A DNA stretch of 64,000 nucleotides. It comes from Candidatus Undinarchaeota archaeon (lineage in GTDB: Archaea; SpSt-1190; DYHY01; CAZGQF01). The stretch covers positions 23,452 to 87,451 of the forward strand of contig CAZGQF010000002.1 in assembly GCA_964527545.1 (NCBI GenBank), in the 5' to 3' direction. The translations under genes were made by a program, and so were the position numbers. Positions within the stretch are counted from its first letter, which is position 1, and each line of letters begins with the position of its first letter. The notes below the pieces were generated by a model that saw only the letters and a list, made by a program, of their open reading frames with translations, had not been told where the DNA came from and did no database searches. Of this stretch, positions 25,975 through 36,800 are shown piece after piece.

Positions 25975-27839
25975 ATAGCCATCACGCTCACGAAGGCGAG
26001 GGCCAGGACGACCAGAACGGTGCCCGGGAGGGTCGCCTTGCTGAGTGAGATGAATGCGCGGGTCGCGGACAGTATCTTCTCTGGCTTGCCTGCCCCCAGG
26101 AAGTTCATGCCTGAAACGACGGCCAGATCGGTCCCCACCTCCGCCCTCTCGAGGTCCTCAACCGCCTTGGCGGTCGCCTTCCTGCAGGCGGAGACGACAT
26201 CGCTGGGCGGGATCTGCGCTCCTACTGGGTTCAAGTCGCTCATCAGCGAGTTCACGCTGTGGTTGTCGGTGGTGGCGACCACGACCTCGTCGACCATCTC
26301 GTTCAGGCCAAGCTCTATCTCTTCTCTCAGGCCTTCGATGAGGTTGTTGCCGTCGATGAGCACGTATGCAGTTTTCTGCCCTTCGACCTCCAGGACGGCG
26401 GACTGGACGCCAAGACGGCCAATTCCCCTCTCCGGCGTCCCGAGCTTCTTGTTGCCGACCCCTATCTTCATGTTTCCCGTCTTTGGCTCTTTTTTCATCT
26501 GCTCGATCAGCTGGAATATCTCGAAGGCAGTCTCGTCGCCGTAGTCGATGGAGCCCTCCATGTAGGCCCCTCCCCCTGCCAGCTCCGAGGCCCAGAAGCC
26601 GTCAAGCAGCGCCCTCTCCAGCCGGTTGTGGCCGTCGATCAGTATGGGCTTCCCTTCCATCATCGCCACTGCGCCGCCCACGCTGGCATGGATGTCCTCG
26701 CTGGTCCCCATGTACTTGTAGGCGACGTGCAGCGGCCTGCCGCCGAGGAGCTGGCGGGTCACCACGACCTCCTTTCCGACGCTCTTCTCCAGCCTGGAGG
26801 CCTGCGGGGAGAACTTGAGCGAGTCGATCCCCCTGCGCAGGGCGTCGAAGAGCTTCGGGAACTCTTTTCTGCTGACAGGGTTCAGTTCGTGGCTGCTGGG
26901 GCCGTGGAAGCAGAAGACCTCCATCTTTTTGAACTCGTCCTGCAGTCGGGAGGGCAGGTCTGAGCCGCCGATGTTGGCGAAGGGCCCTGGATGGACACCC
27001 GGGACAACCCAGAGGACGTTTTTGCCGTCTCTCTTGAAGAGGACGATTCCCGCCAGCGTCTTCGCCTTCTTCCCGATCTTCCCCAAAGCCTCCTCTATCT
27101 CTCTCCTCTCGCCCGATAGGAAGCTGATGAAAGTGTTTATCACCTCCATACCGCCCAGCCCGAGTTCGTTCCTGAAGGTCTGGTCGATGGCGAAGAAGAC
27201 GATGCCCATGTCGAAGAGAACCACGCTGTAGAGGAGGGCTGCCTGGAAGACGAAGACTGTGAACTGCGGCATGGGGAAGAGGTCGTTCGTTGAGACGAAG
27301 GCCGCCAGCAGGATGGGGAGGGTGAGCGGGGAGGAGAGCGTGAAGCTCGTGGTGAAGTTTTCGGTGAGGAAGATGAAGCCGACGAAGGATGCTGCGAAAG
27401 CGGCGGCGCCAGAGAGGGTGAGGATGTCGTCCGCGGCCAGCGGCGTGAACTTGGCGAGGCCGTAGCCGATGAGCATCGTGCCAGAGAAGAACCAGAAGGC
27501 CACAGCAGCGTTGAAGACTATGTCTCCCCTCTCCACCCTATTCGGGGCCGGCATTTTCCTGTTTGCCAGGAGGGAGAGCAGTATCCCCAGCAGATAAGGC
27601 CCCCCAATGACCAGGAAGCCTGTCCTGGCGCCTGTGGAGAGGATGAAGGAGAGCGCGGCCTCGTGCCTGTACTGCAGTGCGGTCAGGACGCCGAGCGCCA
27701 TGCTGGCCAACACTATCCCGGGGACGTTCCTGGGGAGGGAGTGGGCCTCCCTCATCGATTTGTAGAGCCATGTCCCCAATTTCAGGAGGAGCCTGTCGGA
27801 GGCAGGCAGATTGGTCCAGACGCTGCTCTTCTCCCCCAT
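25971..27839 (-). CDS. Polytopic membrane protein with large soluble domain (DUF2070-like)
   Basis: 622 aa; about 8 N-terminal TM helices, soluble middle, C-terminal TM; ATGA overlap with the ligase gene; family assignment from memory only. Confidence 0.45.
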   Translation of the reverse strand: MGEKSSVWTNLPASDRLLLKLGTWLYKSMREAHSLPRNVPGIVLASMALGVLTALQYRHEAALSFILSTGARTGFLVIGGPYLLGILLSLLANRKMPAPNRVERGDIVFNAAVAFWFFSGTMLIGYGLAKFTPLAADDILTLSGAAAFAASFVGFIFLTENFTTSFTLSSPLTLPILLAAFVSTNDLFPMPQFTVFVFQAALLYSVVLFDMGIVFFAIDQTFRNELGLGGMEVINTFISFLSGERREIEEALGKIGKKAKTLAGIVLFKRDGKNVLWVVPGVHPGPFANIGGSDLPSRLQDEFKKMEVFCFHGPSSHELNPVSRKEFPKLFDALRRGIDSLKFSPQASRLEKSVGKEVVVTRQLLGGRPLHVAYKYMGTSEDIHASVGGAVAMMEGKPILIDGHNRLERALLDGFWASELAGGGAYMEGSIDYGDETAFEIFQLIEQMKKEPKTGNMKIGVGNKKLGTPERGIGRLGVQSAVLEVEGQKTAYVLIDGNNLIEGLREEIELGLNEMVDEVVVATTDNHSVNSLMSDLNPVGAQIPPSDVVSACRKATAKAVEDLERAEVGTDLAVVSGMNFLGAGKPEKILSATRAFISLSKATLPGTVLVVLALAFVSVMAI

Positions 27840-27873
27840 TTGCTCAACGCTTATAATTTGGTCTTTGTATTAA

Positions 27874-28506
27874 ATGGGTATGGATGCTCTTGAGGCCATA
27901 AGATCACGAATTTCTGTCAGAAAGTTCGACCCCACTCCCCTCTCCCGGCAGGAGCTCTACAAGATCCTCGACGCGGCAAGGTGGGCGCCTTCTGCTGGCA
28001 ATCTCCAGTGCTGGGAGTTCATACTTGTCGAGGAAGAGGAGCGGAAGGCCCTGGTGGCAGAGGCCTGCCTCAACCAGGGATGGATTGCGGGCGCCCCCAC
28101 CGTGGTGGTTGTCTGCGCCGACACCGAGAGGAGCGCCCTTCGCTATGGCGAGAGGGGGAAGTATTTCTACTCGCTGCTTGAGACATCGGCGGCGGTGGAG
28201 AACATGCTGGTCGCCGCAACTTCCCAGGGGATAGGCTCCTGCTTCGCGGCCGGGTTCGACGAGGCGGAGCTGGCGCGCATCCTCGACCTCCCTGCCGCTG
28301 TGACCCCCATAGCGGTGGTGCCACTCGGCTATCCTGCAGAGGACGGGGAGCACGAGCACCCCGAGAGGGCGGATTTGAGCAACAGCGTCCACTTCGAGGA
28401 GTACGGCAACTACAACCCGAAGGAGATCCCGGACGCGTTCAGGGCTCCCGCAAAGAAGCCCGTCAAGAAGGGGAAGAGAAAGGGCCTCCTCGGCATCTTC
28501 GCCTAG
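27874..28506 (+). CDS. Nitroreductase-family flavin oxidoreductase
   Basis: N-terminal RISVRKF...P and overall nitroreductase-like pattern; Lys-rich C-terminal tail. Confidence 0.6.
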   Translation: MGMDALEAIRSRISVRKFDPTPLSRQELYKILDAARWAPSAGNLQCWEFILVEEEERKALVAEACLNQGWIAGAPTVVVVCADTERSALRYGERGKYFYSLLETSAAVENMLVAATSQGIGSCFAAGFDEAELARILDLPAAVTPIAVVPLGYPAEDGEHEHPERADLSNSVHFEEYGNYNPKEIPDAFRAPAKKPVKKGKRKGLLGIFA

Positions 28507-31382
28507 TCGAGAAGTTCGTTGATGGAGACCGGCTTTATTCTCTCTTTTTCGCGCAGTGCCGTGAGCAGCGCCTCCGCCGCCTTTTCGTTCACCAGGCAGG
28601 GGACGCTGTGCTCGACTGCGGCCCGCCTCAATTTCTTCCCGTCTCTCGTGGTGGCGACGACCAGCTGGATCTTCCCCTCCCTTATCCTCTTCTCACTCCC
28701 TTCCACCGCTTTTTCAGTCGACCAGCCGTCCCTTTCCAGCATCGCTCTCAGTCTGCCGCCGCTCTTGACGCTGAGCAGGGCGTTTCCCTTCAGCAGTTCG
28801 AAGTCGGCGCCGAGGAGCGCCTTGTAGAGGGCGGCCGGGTAGGTCCTGGCGATCCCCATGCTCTCGCCCGTCGACTTCATCTCAGGACCGAGCGTGAAGT
28901 CTGCACCTTGAAGCTTCTGGAAGGGAAAGACGACGCTCTTAACTGCGACCGCCTTCGGCTCCACCAATCCGCTTCTCTCAAGCGGCACTCCCGTCATCGC
29001 CCGGGTTGCCAGCTTGGCTAGCGGCACCCCTGTCGCCTTGCTGAGAAAGGGGATCGTCCTTGACGCGCGCGGGTTGGCCTCTATGACATAGACGTCGCCC
29101 TCGGAGGCGATGAACTGTATGTTGACCAGTCCGACTATTCCGAGCGCCTCGGCGATGCGCTCCGTGTAGTCGACTATGGCCTCTTTCTCCTTATGGAGCG
29201 ACTGGTGGGGCGTCACGCAGGAAGCGTCGCCGGAGTGGACGCCTGACGGCTCTATGTGCTCCATTATCCCTCCTATCAGCGTCTTTTCACCGTCCCTCAC
29301 CGCGTCGGTCTCGCACTCGATACCCTCCACGAAGCGGTCCATGAGAAGCGGTCGCTCCGCAGTTACTTTGACTGCCTTTTTCACGTACCGCTCGAACTCC
29401 TTCCCGCTTTTCACCACGCGCATCCCCCTCCCGCCGATCACGTAGCTCGGCCTGAGGAGGAGGGGATAGCCCAGTTTCTCCGCCTTTCGCCTCGCCTCGT
29501 CCACGCCATGAGCGACGTCGCCTTCCGGCTGGGGTATGCCGAGTTTTGAGAGAAGGCGGGAGAACTTTTTCCTGTCCTCTGCCAGGTCTATGGATGAGAG
29601 GCTCGTCCCCAGGACTTCGCCTTTCAGCTTGTGGGCGATGTTGATGGAGGTCTGTCCGCCGAACTGGACTACTGTCCCGAGGGGGTCTTCTGCCTCGATG
29701 ACGGCGTTGACGTGCTCGGGGGTGAGGGGCTCGAAGTAGAGCCTGTCGGAGGTGTCGAAGTCGGTCGAGACGGTCTCCGGGTTGTTGTTGACCATCACCG
29801 CCTCGAAGCCGAGCCGCCTCAGCTCGAGAGCGGCGTGGACGCAGCAGTAGTCGAACTCGACTCCCTGGGCGATCCTGATCGGCCCGCCGCCGAGGACTAT
29901 AACCTTTCTCTTCTTGCTCTTCCTCAAGTCGCTCTTGCTCCCCGCAGTCGAGTAGTAGTAGGGCGTCTTTGCGACGAACTCTCCTGCGCAGGTGTCGACC
30001 ATCTTGAACTTGTCTCCCCCTTCTTTCTCCATCCCCTTTACCTTCTCAAGGAACCAGGGGTTGACATTGGTCAGCTCAGCCACCCTCTCCACGCTCATCT
30101 TTTTCAGCGCCTCCCTGATGGCGAAGAGCCTCATGTGGGTGGGGTTCTCGAGAGTTTTCTCCAGGTCGCCCTCGAAGCAAGAGTCGATGCTCCCGAAGCC
30201 GAGGTCGAGGGAGCGGATCGCCTTGTGGAGCGCCCCCTCGAAAGAGCGGGAGATGGCCATCACCTCGCCGGTCGACTTCATCTGCGTCCCTATTGCAGTC
30301 TCGGCGTCGTCAACCTTGTCGAACGGCCACCTCGGTATCTTGACCACCACGTAGTCGAGGGCGGGCTCGTAGAAGGCGCTGGTTTCCGTGATGGGGTTCT
30401 TTATCTGGTCAAGGCTCTTGCCCATCGCTATCTTGGCCGATATCCTTGCTATGGGGTAGCCGGTCGCCTTGGAGGCGAGGGCCGACGAGCGGGAGAGGCG
30501 CGTGTTGACCTCTATCACCCTGTACTCTCCCGTCTCCTCGTTCAGGGCGAACTGGATGTTGCACCCTCCCTCTATCCCGAGAGATCTGATTATCCTGATG
30601 GCCGCGGCCCGGAGCATCTGGTGATCCTTGTCTGAGAGGGTCTGGGCTGGCGCCACCACTATGCTCTCGCCAGTGTGGACGCCGCACGGGTCGAGGTTCT
30701 CCATGGTGCAGACGACTATGCAGTTGTCTTTGCCGTCCCTCACAACCTCGTACTCGAACTCGCCCCAGCCGTAGACGCTCTCCTCGACGAGGACCTGGTG
30801 TATCCGCGAGAAGGCGAGGCCCCTCTCCACTATTTTCTCCAGCTTTTTTTCGTTCGCAGCGATGCCCCCGCCGCTCCCGCCAAGGGTGAAGGCAGGCCTG
30901 ATGATGACGGGGTAGCCTATCCTCTCTGCCGCCTTCTTTGCCTCCTCCATCGTCTCTGCAGGCTCGCCGCGGAGGATCGGCTCGCCTATCTGTCTCATCA
31001 GCTGGTTGAAAGAGCTCCTGTTGCCGCCCTTGACCATGGAGCGGATGGGCGTCCCCATCACTTCGATGCCGAGCTCGTCCAGGACGCCGCGCTCGTGGAG
31101 CTCCATCGCCAGGTTGAGGGCTGTCTGGCCGCCCATGCTGGCAATTATGCCGTCCGGCTTCTCTATGCGCAGTATGTCGGCCACGTTGCGCGGCGTTAGC
31201 GGCTCTATGTAGACTCTGTCAGCGACGTCTGTGTCGGTCTGTATGGTGGCAGGGTTCGAGTTGACGATGACTGTCTCTATGCCCTCTTCCCTCAGCGCAA
31301 GCGAGGCCTGGGAGCCGGAGTAGTCGAACTCGGCGGCTTGCCCTATCCTGATGGGGCCGGAGCCGAGGATGACCACTTTCAT
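28503..31382 (-). CDS. carB: Carbamoyl-phosphate synthase large subunit
   Basis: Duplicated ATP-grasp halves, each beginning ILGSGPIRIGQ / VLGGGPIRIAQ with GGQTALN/GGQTSIN; 959 aa. Confidence 0.9.
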   Translation of the reverse strand: MKVVILGSGPIRIGQAAEFDYSGSQASLALREEGIETVIVNSNPATIQTDTDVADRVYIEPLTPRNVADILRIEKPDGIIASMGGQTALNLAMELHERGVLDELGIEVMGTPIRSMVKGGNRSSFNQLMRQIGEPILRGEPAETMEEAKKAAERIGYPVIIRPAFTLGGSGGGIAANEKKLEKIVERGLAFSRIHQVLVEESVYGWGEFEYEVVRDGKDNCIVVCTMENLDPCGVHTGESIVVAPAQTLSDKDHQMLRAAAIRIIRSLGIEGGCNIQFALNEETGEYRVIEVNTRLSRSSALASKATGYPIARISAKIAMGKSLDQIKNPITETSAFYEPALDYVVVKIPRWPFDKVDDAETAIGTQMKSTGEVMAISRSFEGALHKAIRSLDLGFGSIDSCFEGDLEKTLENPTHMRLFAIREALKKMSVERVAELTNVNPWFLEKVKGMEKEGGDKFKMVDTCAGEFVAKTPYYYSTAGSKSDLRKSKKRKVIVLGGGPIRIAQGVEFDYCCVHAALELRRLGFEAVMVNNNPETVSTDFDTSDRLYFEPLTPEHVNAVIEAEDPLGTVVQFGGQTSINIAHKLKGEVLGTSLSSIDLAEDRKKFSRLLSKLGIPQPEGDVAHGVDEARRKAEKLGYPLLLRPSYVIGGRGMRVVKSGKEFERYVKKAVKVTAERPLLMDRFVEGIECETDAVRDGEKTLIGGIMEHIEPSGVHSGDASCVTPHQSLHKEKEAIVDYTERIAEALGIVGLVNIQFIASEGDVYVIEANPRASRTIPFLSKATGVPLAKLATRAMTGVPLERSGLVEPKAVAVKSVVFPFQKLQGADFTLGPEMKSTGESMGIARTYPAALYKALLGADFELLKGNALLSVKSGGRLRAMLERDGWSTEKAVEGSEKRIREGKIQLVVATTRDGKKLRRAAVEHSVPCLVNEKAAEALLTALREKERIKPVSINELLD

Positions 31383-32431
31383 CTCCTCACCACCTCCAGA
31401 AAGCTGTCGAAGAGATGCCTGGTGTCGTGCGGCCCCGGTGACGCCTCAGGGTGGAACTGGACGCTGAAGACCGGCTTCTGCAGGTGGGCGAGGCCCTCAA
31501 CGCTCCCGTCGTTTAGGTTGAAGTGGGTCGGCCTGACCTCCCTCCCCAGCTGCATCCTCACAGCGTAGCCATGGTTCTGGCTGGTCATGAAGCAGCGCCC
31601 GTCGACGTCGCGGACTGGCTGGTTGGAGCCCCTGTGGCCGAACTTCAGCTTGTAGGTGCTGCCGCCGAAGGCCATTCCCAGGAGCTGGTGGCCGAGGCAG
31701 ATGCCGAAAGTCGGGACCTGCGACGAGACCTCTTCCACGCAGTCGACTATCTTCCTCAGGACTGACGGGTCGCCCGGCCCGTTGGAGACGACAAAGCCTT
31801 CCAGGTCGTGGCTCAGGATTTTTTCAGCCTGCGTGTAGGCCGGGAACCTGACCACCTCGCACCCCCTTTCGACCAGAGCCCTCACTATGCTCTCCTTGAC
31901 TCCGCAGTCGAGAAGGCCAACCCTTGTCCCCTCCCCCTTCTCTCTCACCTTCCCACAGCTCACCTCCCCGACGAAGTCGACACCTTCATAGTCGACCCCA
32001 TTTGCCTTCTTCACTGCCTCTTCCAGCTCCACGCTCTCATCGACGATGACGCCTTTCATCACACCCCTCTCCCTGATCTTGATCGTGAGCGCGCGGGTGT
32101 CAACACCCTCAAGGCAGGGGACTTCCAACCTCTGGAGGAACTCTGCGAGCGTATCCTTGCTGTTCCTGTGTGACGGCCTCCTGCACGCCTCCCCGACCAC
32201 GAACCCCCTCACCTGCACGCTGCCGCTCTCGAAGCTCCCCTCGTGGATGCCGTAGTTCCCGACCAGCGGGAAGGTCATGGCAAGTATCTGGCCCCTGTAG
32301 CTCGGGTCGGTCAGCGCCTCCTGGTAGCCCGTCATGCTGGTGTTGAAGACCACTTCGCCCTCGCAGCTCCCGCTGGAGACGAAGAGGCCGTCGAAAAATG
32401 TCCCGTCCTCAAGTACAAGCCTCCCTTTCAT
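31379..32431 (-). CDS. carA: Carbamoyl-phosphate synthase small subunit (glutamine amidotransferase)
   Basis: GICLGHQ catalytic Cys motif and HPE near the C-terminus; ATGA overlap with carB; start at ATG 32431. Confidence 0.85.
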   Translation of the reverse strand: MKGRLVLEDGTFFDGLFVSSGSCEGEVVFNTSMTGYQEALTDPSYRGQILAMTFPLVGNYGIHEGSFESGSVQVRGFVVGEACRRPSHRNSKDTLAEFLQRLEVPCLEGVDTRALTIKIRERGVMKGVIVDESVELEEAVKKANGVDYEGVDFVGEVSCGKVREKGEGTRVGLLDCGVKESIVRALVERGCEVVRFPAYTQAEKILSHDLEGFVVSNGPGDPSVLRKIVDCVEEVSSQVPTFGICLGHQLLGMAFGGSTYKLKFGHRGSNQPVRDVDGRCFMTSQNHGYAVRMQLGREVRPTHFNLNDGSVEGLAHLQKPVFSVQFHPEASPGPHDTRHLFDSFLEVVRR

Positions 32432-32546
32432 CTTATCACCGGGGAGGCCTCTGTGAACCCTGCCGTGGCCCATCGCCCGGTTTAAAATAGGTTTCCCTTT
32501 GGTAAATGCATATATGTGGCCTGACTTCTTCCTCGGGAGGGTTTAA
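32432..32546. promoter_or_regulatory. Divergent carA / pyrB promoter region
   Basis: 115-bp intergenic spacer with TATA-like GTTTAAAATA (about 32481-32490) and ATGCATATATG on the opposite side. Confidence 0.35.
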
Positions 32547-33428
32547 GTGGACATCATTTCGATGCGGGACCTGACGAAGAACGACATTCTTGGCTTTCTC
32601 GACCTAGCCGCCAAGCTTGAGGGCTACAGGGGCGACGACCTCGATGGCAAGATACTTGCCACACTCTTTTTCGAGCCGTCCACCCGGACGCGGCTCAGTT
32701 TCCAGAGCGCCATGGCAAGGCTGGGCGGCGAGGTGCTCAGCGTGACCGACGCGAAGAAGACGTCACAGGCCAAGGGCGAGAGCCTCTCCGACACTATCAG
32801 CGTGGTCGAGCGCTATGCAGACGCCATAGTGATGCGCCATCCGCTTGAGGGCGCCGCGAGGCTGGCCAGCGAAGTGGCGTCGATACCAGTCATAAACGCG
32901 GGCGACGGTGCCAACCAGCACCCCACGCAGACTCTCCTCGACCTCTACACAATCAAGCAGGAGAAGGGGAGGTTCGACCTGAACGTCGCCCTGGTCGGTG
33001 ACTTGAAGTATGCGAGAGTGATGAAGTCGCTGGCCCTCGCCCTCTCCCTCTTCGGCGCAGACCTCCGCCTCATCTCCCCGTCCCCGCTCCGGATGGACGG
33101 CGCCCTGAAGGAGGAGATAGAGAGAAACGGCTCCCCCATCGAGGAGAGAGAAAAGATAGACCTCGACGGGATGGACGTCGTCTACATCTGCAGGATACAG
33201 AAGGAGAGGTTCCCCGACGAGGAGGCCTACCACAAGGTGAGCAGGTCCTACAAGCTCCTGCCCTCCCATCTGGAAAAAGCCAACCACGATGCCATACTGC
33301 TCCACCCGCTGCCCCGCGTCGGCGAGATGGACCTCTCCATCGACGACATGGCGCAGGCAAAGTACTTCGACCAGGCGGAGCGCGGCGTCACCCTCAGGAT
33401 GGCACTTCTCAGGGAGGTGATGGGATGA
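32547..33428 (+). CDS. pyrB: Aspartate carbamoyltransferase catalytic subunit
   Basis: STRTR carbamoyl-phosphate binding motif and HPLP; GTG start at 32547 assumed. Confidence 0.85.
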   Translation: MDIISMRDLTKNDILGFLDLAAKLEGYRGDDLDGKILATLFFEPSTRTRLSFQSAMARLGGEVLSVTDAKKTSQAKGESLSDTISVVERYADAIVMRHPLEGAARLASEVASIPVINAGDGANQHPTQTLLDLYTIKQEKGRFDLNVALVGDLKYARVMKSLALALSLFGADLRLISPSPLRMDGALKEEIERNGSPIEEREKIDLDGMDVVYICRIQKERFPDEEAYHKVSRSYKLLPSHLEKANHDAILLHPLPRVGEMDLSIDDMAQAKYFDQAERGVTLRMALLREVMG

Positions 33429-33865
33429 AGGGGAAGCTGAAGGTCAGCAGGCTGGAGGAGGGGACTGTCATCGACCACCTCGCCGCTTCCAGCGCCCTGA
33501 AGGTCTTGGAGATGCTCTCCCTTCCCCCCTCCGCGACAGTCCTGGTTGCCATCAACGTCTCCAGCGGGAAGATGGGCAGGAAGGACATAGTCAAGGTCGA
33601 GGGAAAGTTCCTGACGCCTTCGGAGCTCGACAAGGTGGCATTGCTCGCGCCCGGGGCGACGATAAACCTGGTGAAGGCTGGAGACGTGGTGGAGAAGCGG
33701 TCGGTGACTGTCCCGGAGAAGGTGGTCGGCGTGCTGGAGTGCCCCAACCCGGCCTGCGTGACCAATCACGAGCCTGTCAAGAGCGTCTTCTCTCTGGAGG
33801 GGGGAGAGTTCATGTGCGCCTACTGCGAGAGGTCATACCCCCTCGACTTGCTTGAGCTGAAGTAG
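33425..33865 (+). CDS. pyrI: Aspartate carbamoyltransferase regulatory subunit
   Basis: ATGA overlap with pyrB; C-terminal zinc domain CPNPAC...CAYC. Confidence 0.8.
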   Translation: MKGKLKVSRLEEGTVIDHLAASSALKVLEMLSLPPSATVLVAINVSSGKMGRKDIVKVEGKFLTPSELDKVALLAPGATINLVKAGDVVEKRSVTVPEKVVGVLECPNPACVTNHEPVKSVFSLEGGEFMCAYCERSYPLDLLELK

Positions 33866-33873
33866 CGGCCGCC

Positions 33874-36800
33874 TCACTGGGAAGGCGGCGTCCACTGATT
33901 GCCTGTCGTCCCCGGCGAGCTTCCTGTCTCTTCTCCTTTAAACCCCCCGCTGGTGGTGGTGTCTCCTTCTCCCCCACCGGCTTGAGTCTCCTTTTCCAGC
34001 CTGTTCCCCACAGGTATGATCTCTTCCGCCATCAGTATCCCGTTCTCCACTCTCCCCTTCACCATGCAGGACATGTCTGAGAGACCCCCTTCTGAGTAGA
34101 CCTTTATGGAGCCTGAGTCATCTGTCAGGTTGCCGTTGTGCTCGTCGACCGCCTTCAGGTAGCCAGTCAGGTAGACGATTGGGTACTCGTCCGGGCTCTC
34201 GAGGACTTTGGCCACGTTGACACCTTCATCTTTCTTCGTCTTGTAGAGGTAGTAGCCGCCCCCTGCCAGGGCGAGGAGCAGGAGGACTACCGCCGCAATG
34301 ACGACGGGAGAGATGCCCCCTCCCGCCCCCTCCACGTCGACTTCCTCTTCCACCTCCTCGCAGCGGTGGGTGGAGGTGTTGCACTCCTCCCCTTCCGGAC
34401 AGCCGCAGTCCTCGCAGCAGACGTCCTCTTCGCAGAGGCCGTCCCCGCACCTTGGCACTCTCTTGGCGACTGCGGTTGTGGTGATCATGTTCAGGCTCCC
34501 CTGGTCCAGGTCCTCCAAGAACTGGTACCTGAATGTCTTGCCTATTGTGTCGAGCTGATAGGCGAAGACTGGGTCGTCTTCGAAAACTATGGGCTGGTCA
34601 AAGAACCTCAAGCTGTCGGCGTCCCCTGCCAGGTCCTTTGGCACAGTGACGACTAGGAGGGCGTTCTCTTTCGAGCTTCTCAGCTTTGCGCTTATGGTGA
34701 TGGTTGTGTAGTAGTTTGTCTGGCCTCCCACCTCCCACTTCACCACTTCGGCCTCCACCTCGAAGATCACCTCCTCGTTGATGGCCTCCATGTCGGTCTC
34801 GTTGGTGTAGTTCTTCGCCAGCTCCAAGGCGACGTCGCTCGTGGTCAGCATCCTTGGCTCGTAGCTGTCCACGACGCTTGCGGTCCCTATCGAGCTGTCC
34901 AGGCTCGAGATCAGCGTCTCAGCGTCGCTTAACTGTCCTGCCGCTATCATGCTCTCTATCTCCTCGATCACCTCCTGCTCGATCTCAAGCGGGATCCCGA
35001 GGTCCCTTATCTCCTCAATCTTGTCCTTGAGTTCCTGGAAGTCGGTCTCTGCCTGGCTGACCTCCTCTGTCTCGTTGCCCTCTTCCTCTTCCCCCTCCTC
35101 CTCTTCCTCATCGTCGTCGCCCCCTCCGCCTATGAACCCCCCGCCGCCGTTCAGGTCGGGCTCAACGTCGACGGCGACATCGACCTCCCTGTCGCAGGCC
35201 TTCAAGGTAACAGTCCCTTCGAACCCCTCGTCGTCGGTCGGGACGTAGATCTCTATGGTCCTCGACTGGCCGGGTGTGAGGGTTATCTCGTCCTCGAGGT
35301 CGGTATACATCTCTTCCTCGTCCTCGTCGATCTCTACCTCAAGGGTGGTGGCGACGTTGCCTATGTTCTGGACAGACCTCCTGCTGGTCCCGCCCACCGT
35401 TATGTCCTCGTTGTTGAAAGAGCAGTCCAAGATTGTGGGAATGTCAAAGGTCGCGGAAGAGTTGATTGTCTCGCCGCTGCGGGAGAGGGCCGTGTAGCTC
35501 GTCCCGCTGGTCAGGGAGGCGTAGACAGAGTAGGTGCCGGGCGGGTTGGTCCTGTTTATCTTTGTCCTGCTGATGTCGGCGTAGTCCCCGCTGGTCAGGT
35601 CGATGGCCCCGTCCCACGTGACAGGGTATTTTGTGTTGTTGATGACGAGTTCGCCGTCGTCGTCGAAGATCTCGAAGCGGTAGGTCGCAGTCGCAGTCGC
35701 ACCTGTGTTGTTGAAGAATCCCTTCTCTATCTCCACCCAGTCGCCTATCTCAGCCTCGTCCTGGTCCAGCTCTATGGGAACCACCGGCGTGTCGAGCAGT
35801 GTCACCGTGGTCGTGTCTGAGAATGGAGTGTCGAAGTAGAAGGTCCGGGTCATATTGTAGCGGAGTGTGTAGACTCCTGCAGGGTCCGAGATATCGAACT
35901 CGTAGTTGGATGAGAATGTGGTGTTTTCGTAGGGCATTAGGGTATCTGAGTCTGACCTGTCGGTCCTGAGCCCGACGATCTCTGTATCCAACCAGAACGA
36001 GAAACCGTAGTAGCTCTGCAGCACGACCGACAGGTTGAGCGGGTAGGCGACCTCCGCCTTGACAGGAGTGGCCCACTTCACGTCGCTCACGTTCAGCTTT
36101 TTCGTCTCGAACTCCAGGTTGTAGGTGAGCTCCGAATTTGCAGGCATCGTCGCGTTCTCAGTCCAGTTGAGCCAGCTCGGCCAGGAGAACTCGAAGGGGA
36201 CAGCGTCGCCGTTGTAGGTCAGGTCGTAAGGTGTGGTGTTGTAGGTCGGCGCCTCGAAGCTGACAGAGACGTTGTCTATCTCCTTGCTTGCCCTGTTCTC
36301 CAGTGTCAGCTCTTCAACCCAGCTCACGTGAGTCTCGTTTTCGCTTGAGAAAACAGTGTCGGTCTCCTCCGTGAGAGCCGGCGCGGGCAGGTCGTAGGTG
36401 ACGTTGAACTTCCGCGAAGAGCCGGCGCCGAGGAAGAAGACCTCCTTCGCGAAGTCCCCCGTTGTGCTCGACGAGTTGTCGCAGTCGTCGCAGACGGTCC
36501 AGTTGACCCCCCTTATGTTGGTCGCGTCGTGCGGGACAGGAAAGATGGCCTGTATCGTCCCGCCGATGATCAGGTCGTTGACCACTGTGACGTTCTGCGT
36601 CCACTTGATGGGCTCGCCCTCCACTATCTCAGCGTTTCTCCTGTCGGTTCCGTTAACGTTCCTGAGGGAGGTGGTGTTGTAGTCTATGAAATAGTCTCTC
36701 TTCTCGCCCGCAGAGAGCGTCCCCACGTCGAACCAGACAGTGTCGTTGGTGGAGTTCTCAATCTTGTCGTACGCAAGTGGCGTCCCGTCCAGCGTGACCT

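Noticed and set aside
29631-30635. 334-aa ORF on the plus strand inside carB
   Set aside because: Antisense to a confidently identified gene (carB); Gly/Arg/Pro-rich translation typical of spurious frames in GC-rich DNA; no start context.
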